From positions 1-63,146 of the forward strand of contig CAMBEO010000005.1 of the NCBI GenBank assembly GCA_945865725.1: a DNA stretch of 63,146 bases, given 5' to 3'. Source of the DNA: Thermoflexus hugenholtzii JAD2 (GTDB lineage Bacteria > Chloroflexota > UBA11872 > UBA12225). Below, piece by piece: positions 9,049-18,621 of this stretch. The translations under genes and the position numbers were made by a program. Below the pieces are notes generated by a model. It saw only the letters and a list, made by a program, of their open reading frames with translations, did not search any database and had not been told where the DNA came from. How positions within the stretch are numbered: position 1 is the first letter of the stretch; each line of letters opens with the position of its first letter.

Positions 9049-10596
9049 TCAGTGCGCCTGGCCTGCGGCTTGGCGAGGCTGCCAGCGGAGGTCGGGCTGG
9101 CGCGCGGCGCGGACCTCGTCCAGGCGCCCCACGGGCGTCAGGTGGGGCGCCGCGCGCACGATCTCCGGAGTCTCGCGGGCCTCCCGGGCGACCTCGATCA
9201 TCGCGGCGGCGAACTCGTCGAGGGTCTGCTTCGACTCGGTCTCCGTCGGCTCGATCATGATCGCCTCGGGCACGATCAGGGGGAAGTAGATCGTCGGCGG
9301 GTGGTAGCCGTGGTCGATCAAGCGCTTCGCGATGTCGAGGGTGCGCACCCCGTGCTCGCGGAACGGCCGACCATCGAGGACGAACTCGTGCATGCAGATC
9401 CGGTCGACGTAGCACTGGAAGTCGTCGGCGAGGAGGGCCTTGAGGTAGTTGGCGTTCAGGACGGCGTTGGCACCCAGCTCGGCGAGGCCGTCGCTCCCGA
9501 GTTGCAGGATGTAGGCGTACGACCGCAGGACGGCATTGAAGTTGCCGTGGAACCCGTGGACCCGTCCGATAGTGTCGGGGCGGTCGGCATCGAACGCGTA
9601 GGTGCCATCGGGATGGCGGGTGACCACCGGCGCGGGGAGGAACGGTTCGAGCGAGGCGGCGACGCAGATGGCGCCGCCACCGGGGCCACCGCCGCCGTGC
9701 GGCACCGCGAAGGTCTTGTGCAGGTTGACGTGGAGGAGGTCGACGCCCACGTCGCCGGGGCGCAGGTTGCCGACGAGGGCATTGAGGTTGGCGCCGTCGC
9801 AGTAGACGAGGCAACCGACCTCGTGTGCCAGGCGGCAGATCTCCTCGATGCGTCGCTCGAACAGTCCGAGCGTGTTCGGCAACGTGATCATGATCGCCGC
9901 GCAGTCGTCGTCAAGCTTCGCGCGGAAGTCGTCGAAGTCGAGTTCGCCGGTCGTGCGGTCGTGCCCGATGGTGATGGCCTCGTAGCCGGCCATGGCCGCC
10001 GTCGCCGGATTCGTGCCGTGGGCCGAGTCGGGGATCAGGACCTTCCGACGTGCGCGCCCGGCCTTCAGGTGGGCCGCGCGGGCCATGAGGATGCCGGTCA
10101 GTTCGCCGTGGGCACCCGCGACGGGTTGGGTCGACACGCCGGGCAGGCCGGTGATCTCGGCAAGTTGCGCCTGGATGTGGTGGATGACGTGGAGGGCGCC
10201 CTGGATGGTCGACTCGGGTTGGAGGGGGTGGAGGTTTCGGAAGCCGGAGAGGGCGGCGATCGTCTCGTCGATCTTCGGGTTGTACTTCATCGTGCACGAG
10301 CCGAGGGGGTAGAACTCGCTCTCGATCGAGTAGTTGCGCTTCGAGAGGCGGGTGAAGTGGCGCACCACGTCGAGCTCGCTCAACTCGGGCAGCGGCAAGT
10401 CTCGTCGTCGTTCGGCCAAGGGAATGATGTCGTCGAGGTCGACTGCCGGCACGTCGAGGGCCGGCAACGACCCGGCGCGCCGCCCGGGAACGCTGCGATC
10501 AAAGACGGTCGGCACGGCGGCCTGGCGCCCGGAGAAGATGCTGGTCCCCCTCGCGGGCGAGTGGCCGGTCTCGGCCGGCCGGTCGGTCGTGGTCAT
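9049..10596 (-). CDS. gcvPB: glycine dehydrogenase (decarboxylating) subunit 2
   Basis: YPLGSCTMKYNPK and NLHKTFAVPHGGGGPG (PLP-lysine region). Start set at the ATG at 10596 (MTTTDRP); the longer ORF would overlap gcvPA. Confidence 0.9.
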   Translation of the reverse strand: MTTTDRPAETGHSPARGTSIFSGRQAAVPTVFDRSVPGRRAGSLPALDVPAVDLDDIIPLAERRRDLPLPELSELDVVRHFTRLSKRNYSIESEFYPLGSCTMKYNPKIDETIAALSGFRNLHPLQPESTIQGALHVIHHIQAQLAEITGLPGVSTQPVAGAHGELTGILMARAAHLKAGRARRKVLIPDSAHGTNPATAAMAGYEAITIGHDRTTGELDFDDFRAKLDDDCAAIMITLPNTLGLFERRIEEICRLAHEVGCLVYCDGANLNALVGNLRPGDVGVDLLHVNLHKTFAVPHGGGGPGGGAICVAASLEPFLPAPVVTRHPDGTYAFDADRPDTIGRVHGFHGNFNAVLRSYAYILQLGSDGLAELGANAVLNANYLKALLADDFQCYVDRICMHEFVLDGRPFREHGVRTLDIAKRLIDHGYHPPTIYFPLIVPEAIMIEPTETESKQTLDEFAAAMIEVAREARETPEIVRAAPHLTPVGRLDEVRAARQPDLRWQPRQAAGQAH

Positions 10597-10664
10597 CGTG
10601 TCGGTTCCCCAGGCGTGTCCGGAAATGTGCGCGTGGCAGGAGGCGGGATGCGCTTGGCGGAGTG

Positions 10665-12017
10665 TCATAGGGTCCGCAGGACGCGCACGAGGCGGTCGAT
10701 GTCGGCTCGGGACGTCACCTCCGTGCAACACAGGAGGAGCGCGTCGGCGAGGTCGGGCGAGTACTGGCCGAGGTCAAAGCCGCCGACGATGCCCTCGGCG
10801 AGCAGGGCGCGGTTCACGTCGGCGGCCGGGCGCGGGCACCGTATCGGCACCTCGTACAACCACGGCGCGGTTGGCAGGACGGCGTAGCCTGGCAAGCGGC
10901 CGATTTCCGTGGCGAGGTATCGCGCCTTGGCGATGGACTGCCCGGCGACCTCCCGCAGGCCCTGGGGCCCGAGTTGGCACAGGTAGATGGTCGTCGCGAG
11001 GGCGATAAGGGCCTCCGCCGTGCAGATGTTCGAGGTGGCCTTCTCGCGCCGGATGTGCTGTTCGCGGGTCGCCAAGGTCAGGACGTACCCCGGGCGCCCG
11101 TCGCCGTCGACGGTCGCGCCGACGATGCGCCCGGGCATCTGCCGGACGTAGTCGCGGCGGCAAGCGAACATGCCGACGAGGGGGCCGCCGAAGTCCACCG
11201 GACCGCCGGTCCACTTGCCCTCGGCGGTGACGATCCCGGCGCCGTACTCGCCCGGGGAACGCAGGACGGCGAGGGAGACCGGGTCGGCGACGACGACAAG
11301 GATCCCACCAGTAGTGGCGAGCGCGGCGGCGAGGCCGTCAACCTGTTCCATCCACCCGAGGAAGTTCGGCTGCTGGACGATCAGGCAGGCGACCGAGCCG
11401 TCGATCCACGGCGTGAAGTCGGTCACGCGTGACAGGGTGCCGTCGCCTTCGCGGCGCCATGCCGGGACCGTGACGACCTCGATCCCGGGACCGGACGTGT
11501 ACGTGGCGAGGACGTCCCGGTAGCTGGGGTTGACGGTGTCGAGGACGAGGACCCGATGGCGGCGGGTCAGCGCGCATGCCATGCGCGCCGCCTCGCCGAC
11601 GCCGGTGCCGGCGTCGTAGACCGAGGCGTTCGACACGTCCATGCCCGTGAGCGCGCAGACGATCGACTGCCATTCGTAGATGGCCTGCAGGGTGCCTTGC
11701 GAGACCTCGGGCTGGTACGGCGTGTACGACGTCAGGAACTCGGCCCGGGAGACGAGGTGGCCGATGGCGGCCGGCGCGTAGTGGCGGTAGGCGCCGGCGC
11801 CGAGGAACGACGGGTGGCGGTCGAGGTCGAGGTTCGTCTCCGAGAGGGCGCGCAGGGACTGCCATGCCTCCATCTCGCTCAGGCCAGGTGGCAAGTCGAG
11901 GGTGGGCCGGTAGTGCTTGGCGGGCAGGTCACGGAACAGGTCGTCAAGCGTGGCGACGCCGATGCGCGCGAGCATCGCCTGCTGTTCGGCGGGGGTCGTC
12001 GAGATGAAGCCGCTCAC
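10665..12017 (-). CDS. gcvPA: glycine dehydrogenase (decarboxylating) subunit 1
   Basis: FLGAGAYRHYAPAAI and TPYQPEVSQGTLQ. The GTG at 12017 is preceded by GGAGG with a 6-nt spacer. N-terminus VSGFISTTPAEQQAMLARIGV. Confidence 0.9.
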   Translation of the reverse strand: MSGFISTTPAEQQAMLARIGVATLDDLFRDLPAKHYRPTLDLPPGLSEMEAWQSLRALSETNLDLDRHPSFLGAGAYRHYAPAAIGHLVSRAEFLTSYTPYQPEVSQGTLQAIYEWQSIVCALTGMDVSNASVYDAGTGVGEAARMACALTRRHRVLVLDTVNPSYRDVLATYTSGPGIEVVTVPAWRREGDGTLSRVTDFTPWIDGSVACLIVQQPNFLGWMEQVDGLAAALATTGGILVVVADPVSLAVLRSPGEYGAGIVTAEGKWTGGPVDFGGPLVGMFACRRDYVRQMPGRIVGATVDGDGRPGYVLTLATREQHIRREKATSNICTAEALIALATTIYLCQLGPQGLREVAGQSIAKARYLATEIGRLPGYAVLPTAPWLYEVPIRCPRPAADVNRALLAEGIVGGFDLGQYSPDLADALLLCCTEVTSRADIDRLVRVLRTL

Positions 12018-12036
12018 GCCATGCCTCCGGGGAGTG

Positions 12037-12136
12037 GGGTGGTGCGGGAAGGTCCGCGGGCGTCCATTACCGACCCCGCGTTGGGGAATCGGGTCGTTCG
12101 GGAAGGGCCGTGGGCGTCCTTGCCCGTTCCGGTGGG
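12037..12136 (+). repeat. two D-type modules in the gcvH-gcvPA spacer
   Basis: GGTGGTGCGGGAAGGTCCGCGGGCGTCC and GGGAAGGGCCGTGGGCGTCCTTGCCCGTTCCGG resemble the D core GGTCCGCGGGCATCCYTGCCCGCC. Confidence 0.7.
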
Positions 12137-12225
12137 AACGGTCTGCGGCCAACCTGGCCCGAGTCCCGCCGCCCGGATCGTACCGGGCAGGAGACTGACC
12201 GGGGCGCTACAGGCGCGCGCCGGCC

Positions 12226-12603
12226 TCAGTGCAGGGTGGCCAGGAAGGCGTCGTAGGAGCCGGCATCGATCAGGTCCCCCGTGCTACCGGTAACACGCAC
12301 CTTGATCATCCACCCGTCGCCGTAGGGGTCGGTGTTCACGAGGTCAGGTGTGGTCGCGAGCAGGCCGTTCACCGCGACAACCTCGCCGTCGCAGGGTGCG
12401 TAGAGGTCGGACGCCGCCTTGACGGACTCGACGACGCCGAACGACCTGCCGGCGGTGATTGTCGAGCCGATGGCCGGCAACTCGACGAAGACGACGTCGC
12501 CGAGGGCGTCTTGCGCGTGGTGGGTGATCCCGATGACCGCGACCGTGCCCGCGTCGCGGAGCCACTCGTGCTCTTTCGTGTACTGGAGGTCGCTCGGGTT
12601 CAC
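12226..12603 (-). CDS. gcvH: glycine cleavage system H protein
   Basis: YTKEHEWL and VESVKAASDLYAP (lipoyl-lysine motif). I prefer the GTG at 12603 (VNPSDLQYT). The alternative start is the GTG at 12669, abutting the gcvT stop. Confidence 0.85.
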   Translation of the reverse strand: MNPSDLQYTKEHEWLRDAGTVAVIGITHHAQDALGDVVFVELPAIGSTITAGRSFGVVESVKAASDLYAPCDGEVVAVNGLLATTPDLVNTDPYGDGWMIKVRVTGSTGDLIDAGSYDAFLATLH

Positions 12604-12665
12604 GTCTCGGGTCCTCGCTCGGGGTGGCGCGCCGGCATCGATCCAGACACCGTCGCCGGCATCCG

Positions 12666-13859
12666 TCACCGGTCAGGAGAGCTGGTCGGTGCAGGGCGCC
12701 GCGTCGTCGGACGCTTGTAGAAGGGCAACGGGACGACGACGGCCGCGTGTGCCCGACCGCGGATCTCGATGGCGAGGGCAGTGCCTGGCGACGCCATCGC
12801 CGCCGGGACGAGCGCCATCGCGATCGACTTCTTCAGGGTTGGTGACGGTCCGCCACTGGTCGTCTCGCCAACGCGGGCGCCGGTCGGATCGAGCACGGGG
12901 TACCCGGCGCGGGGCACGCCGGCGACGGTTAGCTCGAGACCGACGAGGGCGCGGGCGCGCCCGGCGGCGGCGACTAGTGCCAAGGCGTCCCGCCCGACGA
13001 ACGTGCCCTTGTCGAGGCGTACGAGACGTTCGAGATTGGCCTCGAACAGGTTCACGTCGCGAGTCAACTCGTGGCCGTAGAGGGCCATGCCGGCCTCGAG
13101 GCGGAGGGTGTCGCGCGCGCCGAGGCCACACGGCATGACGCCCGCGCTGGCACCAGCCTCGAGGAGGGCTTCCCAGATGCCGACCGCCGCCGTCGACGGG
13201 ACCGACACCTCATAGCCGCGCTCGCCGGTGTAGCCGGTCCGGGCGACGAGGCCCGGCGTTCCGGAGATGGTTGCCGGAAGGGCGCGGTAGTACCCGAGGG
13301 CGGTCAGGTCGGTATCGGCGATGCGTTGGAGGACCTCGAGTGATCGAGGCCCCTGGACCGCAACCAGCGTGCGCGCGTCCCCATGGGAGACCAGGTCGAT
13401 ACCGGCAGGGTCGATGCCGTGGTCGGGGTTGGCGAGGCACGCGCGCATCCAAGCGACGTCGGCGTCCGCGTTCGCGGCGTTGACGATGAGCAGGAAGCGG
13501 TCGTCGCCAAGCCGGTAGATGATGATGTCGTCGATGGTGCCGCCGTCAGGAGCGCAGAGGAGCGAATACTGCGCCTGCCCGAGCTCAAGGCGTGACACGT
13601 CAGTGGGGACGAGCCACTGGAGCCAGGCAAGGGCGCCGGGGCCAGCGACGTCGACCTGGCCCATGTGGCCGATGTCGAAGAGGCCGACGCCGGCCCGAAC
13701 CGCGTGGTGCTCGGTCAGGACGCCGGTGGCGTACTGGACCGGCATGTCCCATCCGCCGAACGGGACCATCCGGGCACCGTGGGCGACGTGCCATCCATGC
13801 AAGGGCGTGCGGCGCAGGGTCTCGCCAGCGGCGAGGCCGCCCGCATCAGGGCCGTTCAT
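12666..13859 (-). CDS. gcvT: aminomethyltransferase (glycine cleavage T protein)
   Basis: MVPFGGWDMPVQY, GLFDIGHMG, ARTGYTGERGYE. Start is the ATG at 13859 (MNGPDAGG). The 817-aa ORF in the track is an upstream read-through artefact. Confidence 0.9.
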   Translation of the reverse strand: MNGPDAGGLAAGETLRRTPLHGWHVAHGARMVPFGGWDMPVQYATGVLTEHHAVRAGVGLFDIGHMGQVDVAGPGALAWLQWLVPTDVSRLELGQAQYSLLCAPDGGTIDDIIIYRLGDDRFLLIVNAANADADVAWMRACLANPDHGIDPAGIDLVSHGDARTLVAVQGPRSLEVLQRIADTDLTALGYYRALPATISGTPGLVARTGYTGERGYEVSVPSTAAVGIWEALLEAGASAGVMPCGLGARDTLRLEAGMALYGHELTRDVNLFEANLERLVRLDKGTFVGRDALALVAAAGRARALVGLELTVAGVPRAGYPVLDPTGARVGETTSGGPSPTLKKSIAMALVPAAMASPGTALAIEIRGRAHAAVVVPLPFYKRPTTRRPAPTSSPDR

Positions 13860-13937
13860 CGTCAAACGATGATACGAGACCTCGTCAAGCCCGCACCGGG
13901 TACCTTGGCGGCCAGTCGGCTCGGCATACTTCCGTCC

Positions 13938-14852
13938 ATGCCAACCGGTTCCGTCCCCCCGCGTCGCGTGCGTTTCCTGGCCCTGGACATCGACGGCACG
14001 ACGATCCGCGACGACGGCACGGTGTCGACGGCGGTGATCGACGCGGTCGGGCGGGCGCGGCGGGCGGGTGTCCATGTCGTGCTTTGCACGGGCCGTCCCT
14101 ACCACGTCGGCGTGGGCGGCATTGCCGCGGCCCTGCGCCTCACGGACGACACGGCGCCCGGGGCGATTCCGCAGGCAATCGTGAACAACGGGAGCGCCTC
14201 GATCAGCCTGATCGAGGGGGCGGTGCGATGGGAGCGCCTCGTGCCGGCGATGCATGGGCGCGCGATCGTCGAGGCGATCGAGTCGGTCGGCGCGACGCCT
14301 CTCGTCGAACAGGCCCCGTCCGACGGTCCCCGGATGTTCACGTGGGACACCCGGGACGCACACTCGGCCGCCCGCTGGTACGCGCATGCGTGGATGCGGA
14401 TCGACGACGTCGAGCCGGTGGGCCGTGACACCCTGCTGAGGACGGCCGACCGTGCGACGTGGATTGGCGCGTGCGGAGACCATGACACCACGAAGCGCGC
14501 GCTTGACCGATTGAGTCGGTTCGCGGCGGGCCCGGATCCGGTGGACCTCGTGTGGAGTGCCTCGTGGCTGCACGCCACCGCGCCAAACCATGTCGTCGGC
14601 GTGCGACCGGCCGGGGTTCACAAGGCGTACGGCCTTGCGCGGTACGCCGCCGAGTTCGGGGCCACCCTCGAGGATGGCGTCGCGGTCGGTGACGAGATGA
14701 ACGACTTGGAAATGGTGTGCGACGTCGGCCTCGGCATCGCGATGGGCCAGGCGCCCCGTGCGCTCAAGGCGGTCGCCCGGGCGATCGTCGCCTCCAACGA
14801 GGACGACGGCGTCGTCGAGGCGATCGAACGGTTTGTCCTGCCTTACGCCTGA
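13938..14852 (+). CDS. Cof-type HAD-IIB family hydrolase/phosphatase
   Basis: LALDIDGTT (DxDGT nucleophile motif), VVLCTGRP, GDEMNDLEM. Start is the ATG at 13938, in frame within ORF 13665..14852. Confidence 0.8.
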   Translation: MPTGSVPPRRVRFLALDIDGTTIRDDGTVSTAVIDAVGRARRAGVHVVLCTGRPYHVGVGGIAAALRLTDDTAPGAIPQAIVNNGSASISLIEGAVRWERLVPAMHGRAIVEAIESVGATPLVEQAPSDGPRMFTWDTRDAHSAARWYAHAWMRIDDVEPVGRDTLLRTADRATWIGACGDHDTTKRALDRLSRFAAGPDPVDLVWSASWLHATAPNHVVGVRPAGVHKAYGLARYAAEFGATLEDGVAVGDEMNDLEMVCDVGLGIAMGQAPRALKAVARAIVASNEDDGVVEAIERFVLPYA

Positions 14853-14887
14853 CGGGTCACCGGGCGGCTGACAGGCCGTCAGGGCGA

Positions 14888-16252
14888 CTACAGTCGCGCG
14901 TACCCGGTCAGTTCCACGTAGCCCCGGCCGACGAATCCGCCGGTCACGGAGTCCTGCAGGCGCACGGCCCCCTCCCAGTAAGTGACCCCGGTGCTGTGGG
15001 TCGTCACGAGTTCCTGGTCGCGCAGGACGGGGACCCACTCGGCATCGATGCGGTGCTGCGGCAGGGAGACCCGCCACCCGGACGGGTACCGGACCCCCGA
15101 GCGAGGGCTCGTCCACCAACCTGTCGGTTCGATTCGGAACGCCCCGGGATCGAGGTGGGTCGCGTCGCCGTTCGGTGCGGTGAGCGTGCCGTGGCTCTGG
15201 ACGACGCGTCCCGTCTCGTCACGCACCACCGAGATCGTGAGGTCGCGCCCATCGGCGAGGTGGGCGGAGAACCAGTCCCACCCGCCCCCGCCGAGGACGA
15301 GGAAGTCGCCCCACTGGTGGTCCATCCAGGCGGTGCCGCGGACGGGAGCCTCGCGGCTGCCGATGCCCAAGGTGCCGGTACTGGCCATGCGCGTCCGCGA
15401 GTAGTAGTAGGAGTACCCGGCGGGGCCGAAGGAGATCAGGCCAGGGGTGCCTGGCGGGTCGCCGTCGTGCAGGGTGGGGGGACGCCCGGCGACAAGCGAG
15501 AGGTCGAACCGGTAGCCCTCCCCGGCTGCCCACAGGCGGTCGCTTCCCTCATGCCCGCGCATGCGCCACCCCCCCATTGACAGGTCGAAGCCGCCGGTGT
15601 CGGGTCCTAGGGAGACGACGCCGCCCGGCCGATCAGTCGGGGCGAACGCTAGGGCGGGCATCGTGCGACTGGTGACCGCCCCGGCCGGCGGGCGCGGGTC
15701 GGCGTCCGGGAGGGCACCGTGCCTCGTCGCGGGGGTCGGGGCCTCCCGGAGGGCGACTTCGACCCGTTCGTCATACGTGAAGGTCCCCCCGTCCACGTCG
15801 GTCAACGCGAGATGGGCCGCGTAGCCGGGGGGACGGTTCCCGCGGATCCCGCGGAAGAAGACGAACTCGAAGCCAAAGGCGCGTTCGCCCGGGCGCAGGT
15901 GGTCGGCGGTGGCGGGCGGCTCCCGGCGGTCGGTCTCGTCGACCAGTACGGTCGCCTGAGCCTCGCGGGCACCCGTCACCGGGAAGGCGTCGCGCGGGGC
16001 GTAGAGGTGGCCGGTGTAGTACCACCATTCGGCAAGGGCGTCGTGAGGGCCCTCGTCGCGGGGCAGGCGTACCGGCGGAAGCGTTCGTGCCGAGGGGTCA
16101 GGCACGCGCGGGACCGGGATCGCCTGCTGCGACCGCACATCGTCACTCCCTGAGGGAAGGCAGGCGGCGAGGCCCGGTGCACCCAGGGCGGCAAACAGGC
16201 GCCGCCGCGCCAGGCGGAAGGCAAGGCGTCGTCCCACGGCCGAGGGGATCAT
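14888..16252 (-). CDS. AttH/CrtC-like (lipocalin-fold, COG5621-type) secreted lipoprotein
   Basis: EWWYYTGHL, YSYYYSRTRM, AWMDHQWGDF. Signal peptide plus lipobox (GLAACL). The ATG at 16252 overlaps the MMPL stop (ATGA); an alternative GTG lies at 16258. Confidence 0.75.
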   Translation of the reverse strand: MIPSAVGRRLAFRLARRRLFAALGAPGLAACLPSGSDDVRSQQAIPVPRVPDPSARTLPPVRLPRDEGPHDALAEWWYYTGHLYAPRDAFPVTGAREAQATVLVDETDRREPPATADHLRPGERAFGFEFVFFRGIRGNRPPGYAAHLALTDVDGGTFTYDERVEVALREAPTPATRHGALPDADPRPPAGAVTSRTMPALAFAPTDRPGGVVSLGPDTGGFDLSMGGWRMRGHEGSDRLWAAGEGYRFDLSLVAGRPPTLHDGDPPGTPGLISFGPAGYSYYYSRTRMASTGTLGIGSREAPVRGTAWMDHQWGDFLVLGGGGWDWFSAHLADGRDLTISVVRDETGRVVQSHGTLTAPNGDATHLDPGAFRIEPTGWWTSPRSGVRYPSGWRVSLPQHRIDAEWVPVLRDQELVTTHSTGVTYWEGAVRLQDSVTGGFVGRGYVELTGYARL

Positions 16253-18576
16253 GGGCACGCGTCCACCCCCGCCCCGGGCGCTTCCCTGGCGTCAGCGGGT
16301 GAGGGCCAGTGGGGGGTGGTCCATCCGAGCGGGGAGGCGATCCACCCCGGCACCCACCAGTTCCAGTCGCCGAGCAGGCGCATCGCCGCCGGGACCATCA
16401 GGGCGCGGACGATCGTCGCGTCGACGAGGACCGCGAGGGCGATGCCGAGGCCGAGGGCCTTGATCTGGACCACGTCCGCGGCGAACGCGAAGGACCCGGC
16501 AACCGCCACGACGATCGCCGCGGCGCCGGTGATCACGCGCGCGCTGGCGCCGATCGCGGTCGTCACCGATTGCAGGTTGTCGCCCGTGACCAGGTAGGCC
16601 TCGCGCACGCGGCTCAGCAGGAACACCTCGTAGTCCATGGACAGGCCGAACACCGTGCAGAACAGGAGGATGGGCAGCGTCGACTCGACGAAGCCCATCG
16701 CCGGGAAGGCAAAGGGCGCGGGCAACCCGGCCAGTGCCCCGTCCTGGAAGACGAGGACAAGCGCGCCGTAGCTCGCCCCGAGGGACAGGAGGTTCATCGC
16801 GATCGCCTTGATGGGCAGGAGGATCGATCGGAACGTGAAGAACAGGAGGACGGCTGTCGTCGCGAGGATGAACGCGACGACGCGCGGGAACGCACCGTAG
16901 AGCGAACGGGTGAGGTCGAGCGCGTTCGCGCTGATGCCGCCAACCTCGAGGCGCCATCCCGGCGCGGGAACCGTCGCGCGGATCGCGTCGACCAGGCTGG
17001 ACGTGTCCTTGCCGAGCGGGTCGCCCGACGGGGACACGGACAGGAGGGTGAGGCTTCCGCGCACGAGGGTGGCGGCGATGCCCCGCGTCCACGGGTCGGG
17101 ACCCTGCCCGAGGTTCGCGTAGAGCAACCGGTACTGGGCGGTGGTGAGGCGCGGGTCGAGCGACACGATCCCGTCGACGCGGGCGACGCGCGGGTCCCGG
17201 GCAAGCGCCTCCGACAGGTCGCGGAGCGTCGCGAGATGCTCGACCTCGATGATCGGTCCGGGGGCGCGGACGAGGACCAGGAGCGGCGTGCCGCTGCCAA
17301 GGTCGAACTCGGCGGCGGCCAGTGCCGACGCGCGCCGCGTCGGGAACGACTCCGGCAGGATGCGCGAGTCGGGGGTAGAGAGGCGCGCGCCGAGGAAGGG
17401 CCAGGCCGCGCCGACGAGGACAACGAACGACGTGGCGAGGATCGGCCACGGGCGCCGGGTGACGAACGACGCGAGGCGCACCCAGGTGGTGCCGCCCGTC
17501 TCGCCTCGCCGGGCGCGCACGCGTAGCGCGTCGATGCGGTACCCGATCAGGCCGAGAAGGGCCGGAAGAAGGGTCATCGACACGATTACGGCGCCAGCGA
17601 CGGCGGCCAGGCCGGCGAACCCGAGTGAGCGGAGGAAGTCGATCGGAAAGGCGACGAGGCCGGCCAACCCGGCGAGGACCATCCCCGCGGAGAAGAAAAC
17701 TGCCCGCCCGGCGGTGGCGACCGCGCGCTCCACCGCCTCGGCAGGGGAGGCGCCCGCATCGATCTCGTCGCGGAAGCGGCTGGTGACGAAGAGGGCGTAG
17801 TCCGTGCCAAGGCCCAGCGCCAGCATCGTGGCGAGGTTGAGCGTGAAGACCGACATGTCGACGGCGAAGCTCAGCGCGAAGATGCCGCCAAGGCCGAGGA
17901 CCGCGGTCGCGGCGCCGGCGACGACGGGCACGCCGGCGGCGACGACCGATCCGAAGACGGCCAGGAGGGTGAGGGCCGCGACGGGGACGGTGACCAGTTC
18001 GGCCCGGCGCAGGTCGTTCGACGTGGCGGCGGCCAGGTCGCGGAAGAAGGCGTCCGAGCCTACAAGGAGCGTCTCGATCGTCACCCCGGCATCGACGGGC
18101 ACGGCGACGGCGCGTTCGAGCGCCGCGAGGTGGCCGTCATCGCGTCCTGGGCCGTCGTGAAGGGCGAGGAGGGCGATGGCGGCGCGCCCGGACTTGCCGA
18201 CCCGTCGGCTGTCGAGGTCCGGGCCGATCACGGCGGCGACGCCCGGCACGGCCCCGGCGCGGGCGAGGGAATCGCTGACGGCACGTCGGACCGCTGGTTC
18301 GGCGTAGTCGCGCCCTTCGATCCGGTAGAGGACGGCCGCGGACCGGGTCGGGAAGCCAAGTTCATCGCGCAGGGCGGCGAGGGCCCGCGACGAAGGGAGC
18401 GAGGGGTCGTCGAACCCACCGGTGAGGACACGTCCAGGGAGGAGCGGGATCGTCGGCACGATGGCGAGGATGACCGCAAGCCAGAGCCACGAGACGACGT
18501 GCCGGTGCCGGTAGAGGCCGTGCCCCCACGCGGCGAATGCTCGTGACTGGTGCGGGTCTGCGGGGCGGGCATTCAC
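16249..18576 (-). CDS. MMPL family (RND superfamily) membrane transporter
   Basis: 775 aa with two repeated halves of hydrophobic helices and large loops, typical MMPL architecture. GTG start with GGGAGG about 10 nt upstream. Confidence 0.85.
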   Translation of the reverse strand: MNARPADPHQSRAFAAWGHGLYRHRHVVSWLWLAVILAIVPTIPLLPGRVLTGGFDDPSLPSSRALAALRDELGFPTRSAAVLYRIEGRDYAEPAVRRAVSDSLARAGAVPGVAAVIGPDLDSRRVGKSGRAAIALLALHDGPGRDDGHLAALERAVAVPVDAGVTIETLLVGSDAFFRDLAAATSNDLRRAELVTVPVAALTLLAVFGSVVAAGVPVVAGAATAVLGLGGIFALSFAVDMSVFTLNLATMLALGLGTDYALFVTSRFRDEIDAGASPAEAVERAVATAGRAVFFSAGMVLAGLAGLVAFPIDFLRSLGFAGLAAVAGAVIVSMTLLPALLGLIGYRIDALRVRARRGETGGTTWVRLASFVTRRPWPILATSFVVLVGAAWPFLGARLSTPDSRILPESFPTRRASALAAAEFDLGSGTPLLVLVRAPGPIIEVEHLATLRDLSEALARDPRVARVDGIVSLDPRLTTAQYRLLYANLGQGPDPWTRGIAATLVRGSLTLLSVSPSGDPLGKDTSSLVDAIRATVPAPGWRLEVGGISANALDLTRSLYGAFPRVVAFILATTAVLLFFTFRSILLPIKAIAMNLLSLGASYGALVLVFQDGALAGLPAPFAFPAMGFVESTLPILLFCTVFGLSMDYEVFLLSRVREAYLVTGDNLQSVTTAIGASARVITGAAAIVVAVAGSFAFAADVVQIKALGLGIALAVLVDATIVRALMVPAAMRLLGDWNWWVPGWIASPLGWTTPHWPSPADAREAPGAGVDACP

Positions 18577-18621
18577 TGGTGCCGAGCCTCCCGAGGAACG
18601 CTAGCTGGCGGACCGGACGCG

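Noticed and set aside
8950-10887. Many very long antisense or out-of-frame ORFs: 8950..10887(+), 28806..31145(+), 59612..61390(-), 56137..58023(-), 23163..24977(-), 49892..51508(-), 47600..48946(-), 25890..27557(+), 20468..21811(+), 16309..17526(+).
   Set aside because: This is the typical high-GC artefact. Each lies opposite a gene with clear family motifs. Their products are Arg/Pro/Gly/Ala-rich with no recognisable motifs.
13860-13937. A glycine riboswitch upstream of gcvT (and in the gcvH-gcvPA spacer at 12018-12225).
   Set aside because: The gcvT leader is only 78 nt. Neither region shows the conserved GGAGAG...ACCGAAGGGGCAA...CUCAGGCAAAAGGAC elements on the minus strand. A covariance-model scan would be decisive, and I cannot run it.
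13860-15119. The 817-aa ORF that extends gcvT upstream across the HAD hydrolase gene.
   Set aside because: Homology to aminomethyltransferase starts at MNGPDAGG (ATG at 13859). The upstream part is antisense to a well-supported HAD gene.
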